A stretch of DNA of 63,367 nt, the filler included. It is 5 parts of 5 records of this genome, joined end to end, with 100 filler letters (N's around TTAATTAATTAA, not from the genome) between each part and the next. Parts side by side here need not be neighbours in the genome. Positions count along the whole stretch, not along the records: positions 55,251 to 63,367 come from SRR2962707_3364; 4 more parts are not named here. One strand, given 5' to 3'. This document shows, one piece after another, positions 62,533 through 63,367 of the stretch (its first letter is position 1; every line of letters starts with the position of its first letter). The notes under the pieces were generated by a model. That model searched no databases. It was not told the DNA's origin and saw nothing but the letters and a program-made list of their open reading frames with translations. A program made the translations under genes and the position numbers.

Positions 62533-63367
62533 TCAACCAAACCTTTCAGGCAGGAACAGAATCAGATCCGGCACGCCCATCAACAGCAACAGCACCAGGG
62601 CGTCCATCATCAGGAACCAGAACACGCCCTTGAAGATGGCGCTGGTGGATACCAGGTCACCGACCACGCTCTTTATCACGAAGATGTTCATGCCCACCGG
62701 CGGCGTCACCATGCCCACTTCCAACAGCTTGGTCAGTACCACACCGAACCAGATCAGGCTGAGGCCGGCGCTGTCGATGATCGGCAGGACGATGGGCAGG
62801 GTCAGCAGCATGGCGCCGATGGGTTCCAGAAACATGCCCAGCAACAGATAAACGCAGACGATGATCAGCAAAATCGCCATGGTATCGGCGCCGGCGTCCA
62901 GTACCAGCGAGGACAGGTAATCACCAGCGCCGGATAAGGACAAGAAGCGCGTCAGCAAACTGGCGCCCATGGCGATGATCAGCAGGGTGCCGGTGGTCAG
63001 CAGGGTTTCCTGTATCGCCGCGCGAAACCGGCTCCAGGTCAGGGTGCGTTTGCACAGCGCCACAACACAGGACAGCGCGGCGCCTACCGCACCGGCCTCC
63101 GTGGGCGTGAACAATCCGGCGAACATGCCGCCGAAGATGCCCATCATGATCAGCAGGATCGGCCAGATATCCCACAGCGCCGCCACTTTCTCTTTCAGTG
63201 ACACGCGCGAATCGGTACGCGGCGCCAGCGACGGATCCAGCTTCACCCGTATCATCACCACCGCGATGTAACCCGCCACGGTAATCAGGCCGGCGGCGAT
63301 CCCGCCCAGAAACAGCTTGCTGATCGATTGCTGCGCGATGATGCCGTAAAGAATCATGATGATGGAC
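62533..63367 (-). CDS. dctM: TRAP transporter large permease DctM, 5'-truncated
   Basis: GLFTPTEAG, LGMFLEP, GMVTPPVGMN. Confidence 0.93.
   Translation of the reverse strand, partial: SIIMILYGIIAQQSISKLFLGGIAAGLITVAGYIAVVMIRVKLDPSLAPRTDSRVSLKEKVAALWDIWPILLIMMGIFGGMFAGLFTPTEAGAVGAALSCVVALCKRTLTWSRFRAAIQETLLTTGTLLIIAMGASLLTRFLSLSGAGDYLSSLVLDAGADTMAILLIIVCVYLLLGMFLEPIGAMLLTLPIVLPIIDSAGLSLIWFGVVLTKLLEVGMVTPPVGMNIFVIKSVVGDLVSTSAIFKGVFWFLMMDALVLLLLMGVPDLILFLPERFG

Noticed and set aside
1-63367. tRNA, rRNA, CRISPR arrays, intact transposases or integrases
   Set aside because: None recognised by eye; tRNAscan-SE, Infernal and CRISPR finders would be needed to exclude them formally

Overview
This window is not one locus. 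It is five unrelated contigs joined by 100-nt N spacers, each carrying a TTAATTAATTAA six-frame-stop linker (31135-31234, 44590-44689, 49819-49918, 55151-55250). (1) 1-31134 is a Rhizobiales-type alphaproteobacterial chromosome: dnaK, an acyltransferase, dnaJ-pmtA, pyrF, mbfA, cydAB, lepA, a complete Flp/Tad (cpa) pilus cluster whose 51-aa pilin is missing from the ORF track, and pepA-MarR-NlpC/P60. An AT-richer two-gene cassette (unknown putative toxin + XRE-HTH/ImmA-IrrE peptidase, RosmerTA-like) sits directly after lepA. (2) 31235-44589 is another proteobacterium: an SSS-fused histidine kinase, a LacI-ABC-nucleoside hydrolase-adenine deaminase operon, and NRT2-type transporter-nasT-nasS with an ANTAR hairpin. 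(3) and (4), 44690-55150, are eukaryotic DNA from a flagellate protist with spliceosomal introns: EFHB, a TFIIIC subunit-4-like gene, CFAP58 (6 exons), and an unknown PB1 + Zn-finger gene. (5) 55251-63367 is a gammaproteobacterium: rph-yicC, then an island relic carrying a stand-alone 1186-aa DSR-like sirtuin and a HipBA-type module, then a TRAP dctM. The best candidates for undescribed biology are the yicC-linked large SIR2 protein with HipBA, and the lepA-linked toxin/XRE-peptidase cassette with its leader palindrome. All family calls come from motif recognition, not database searches.
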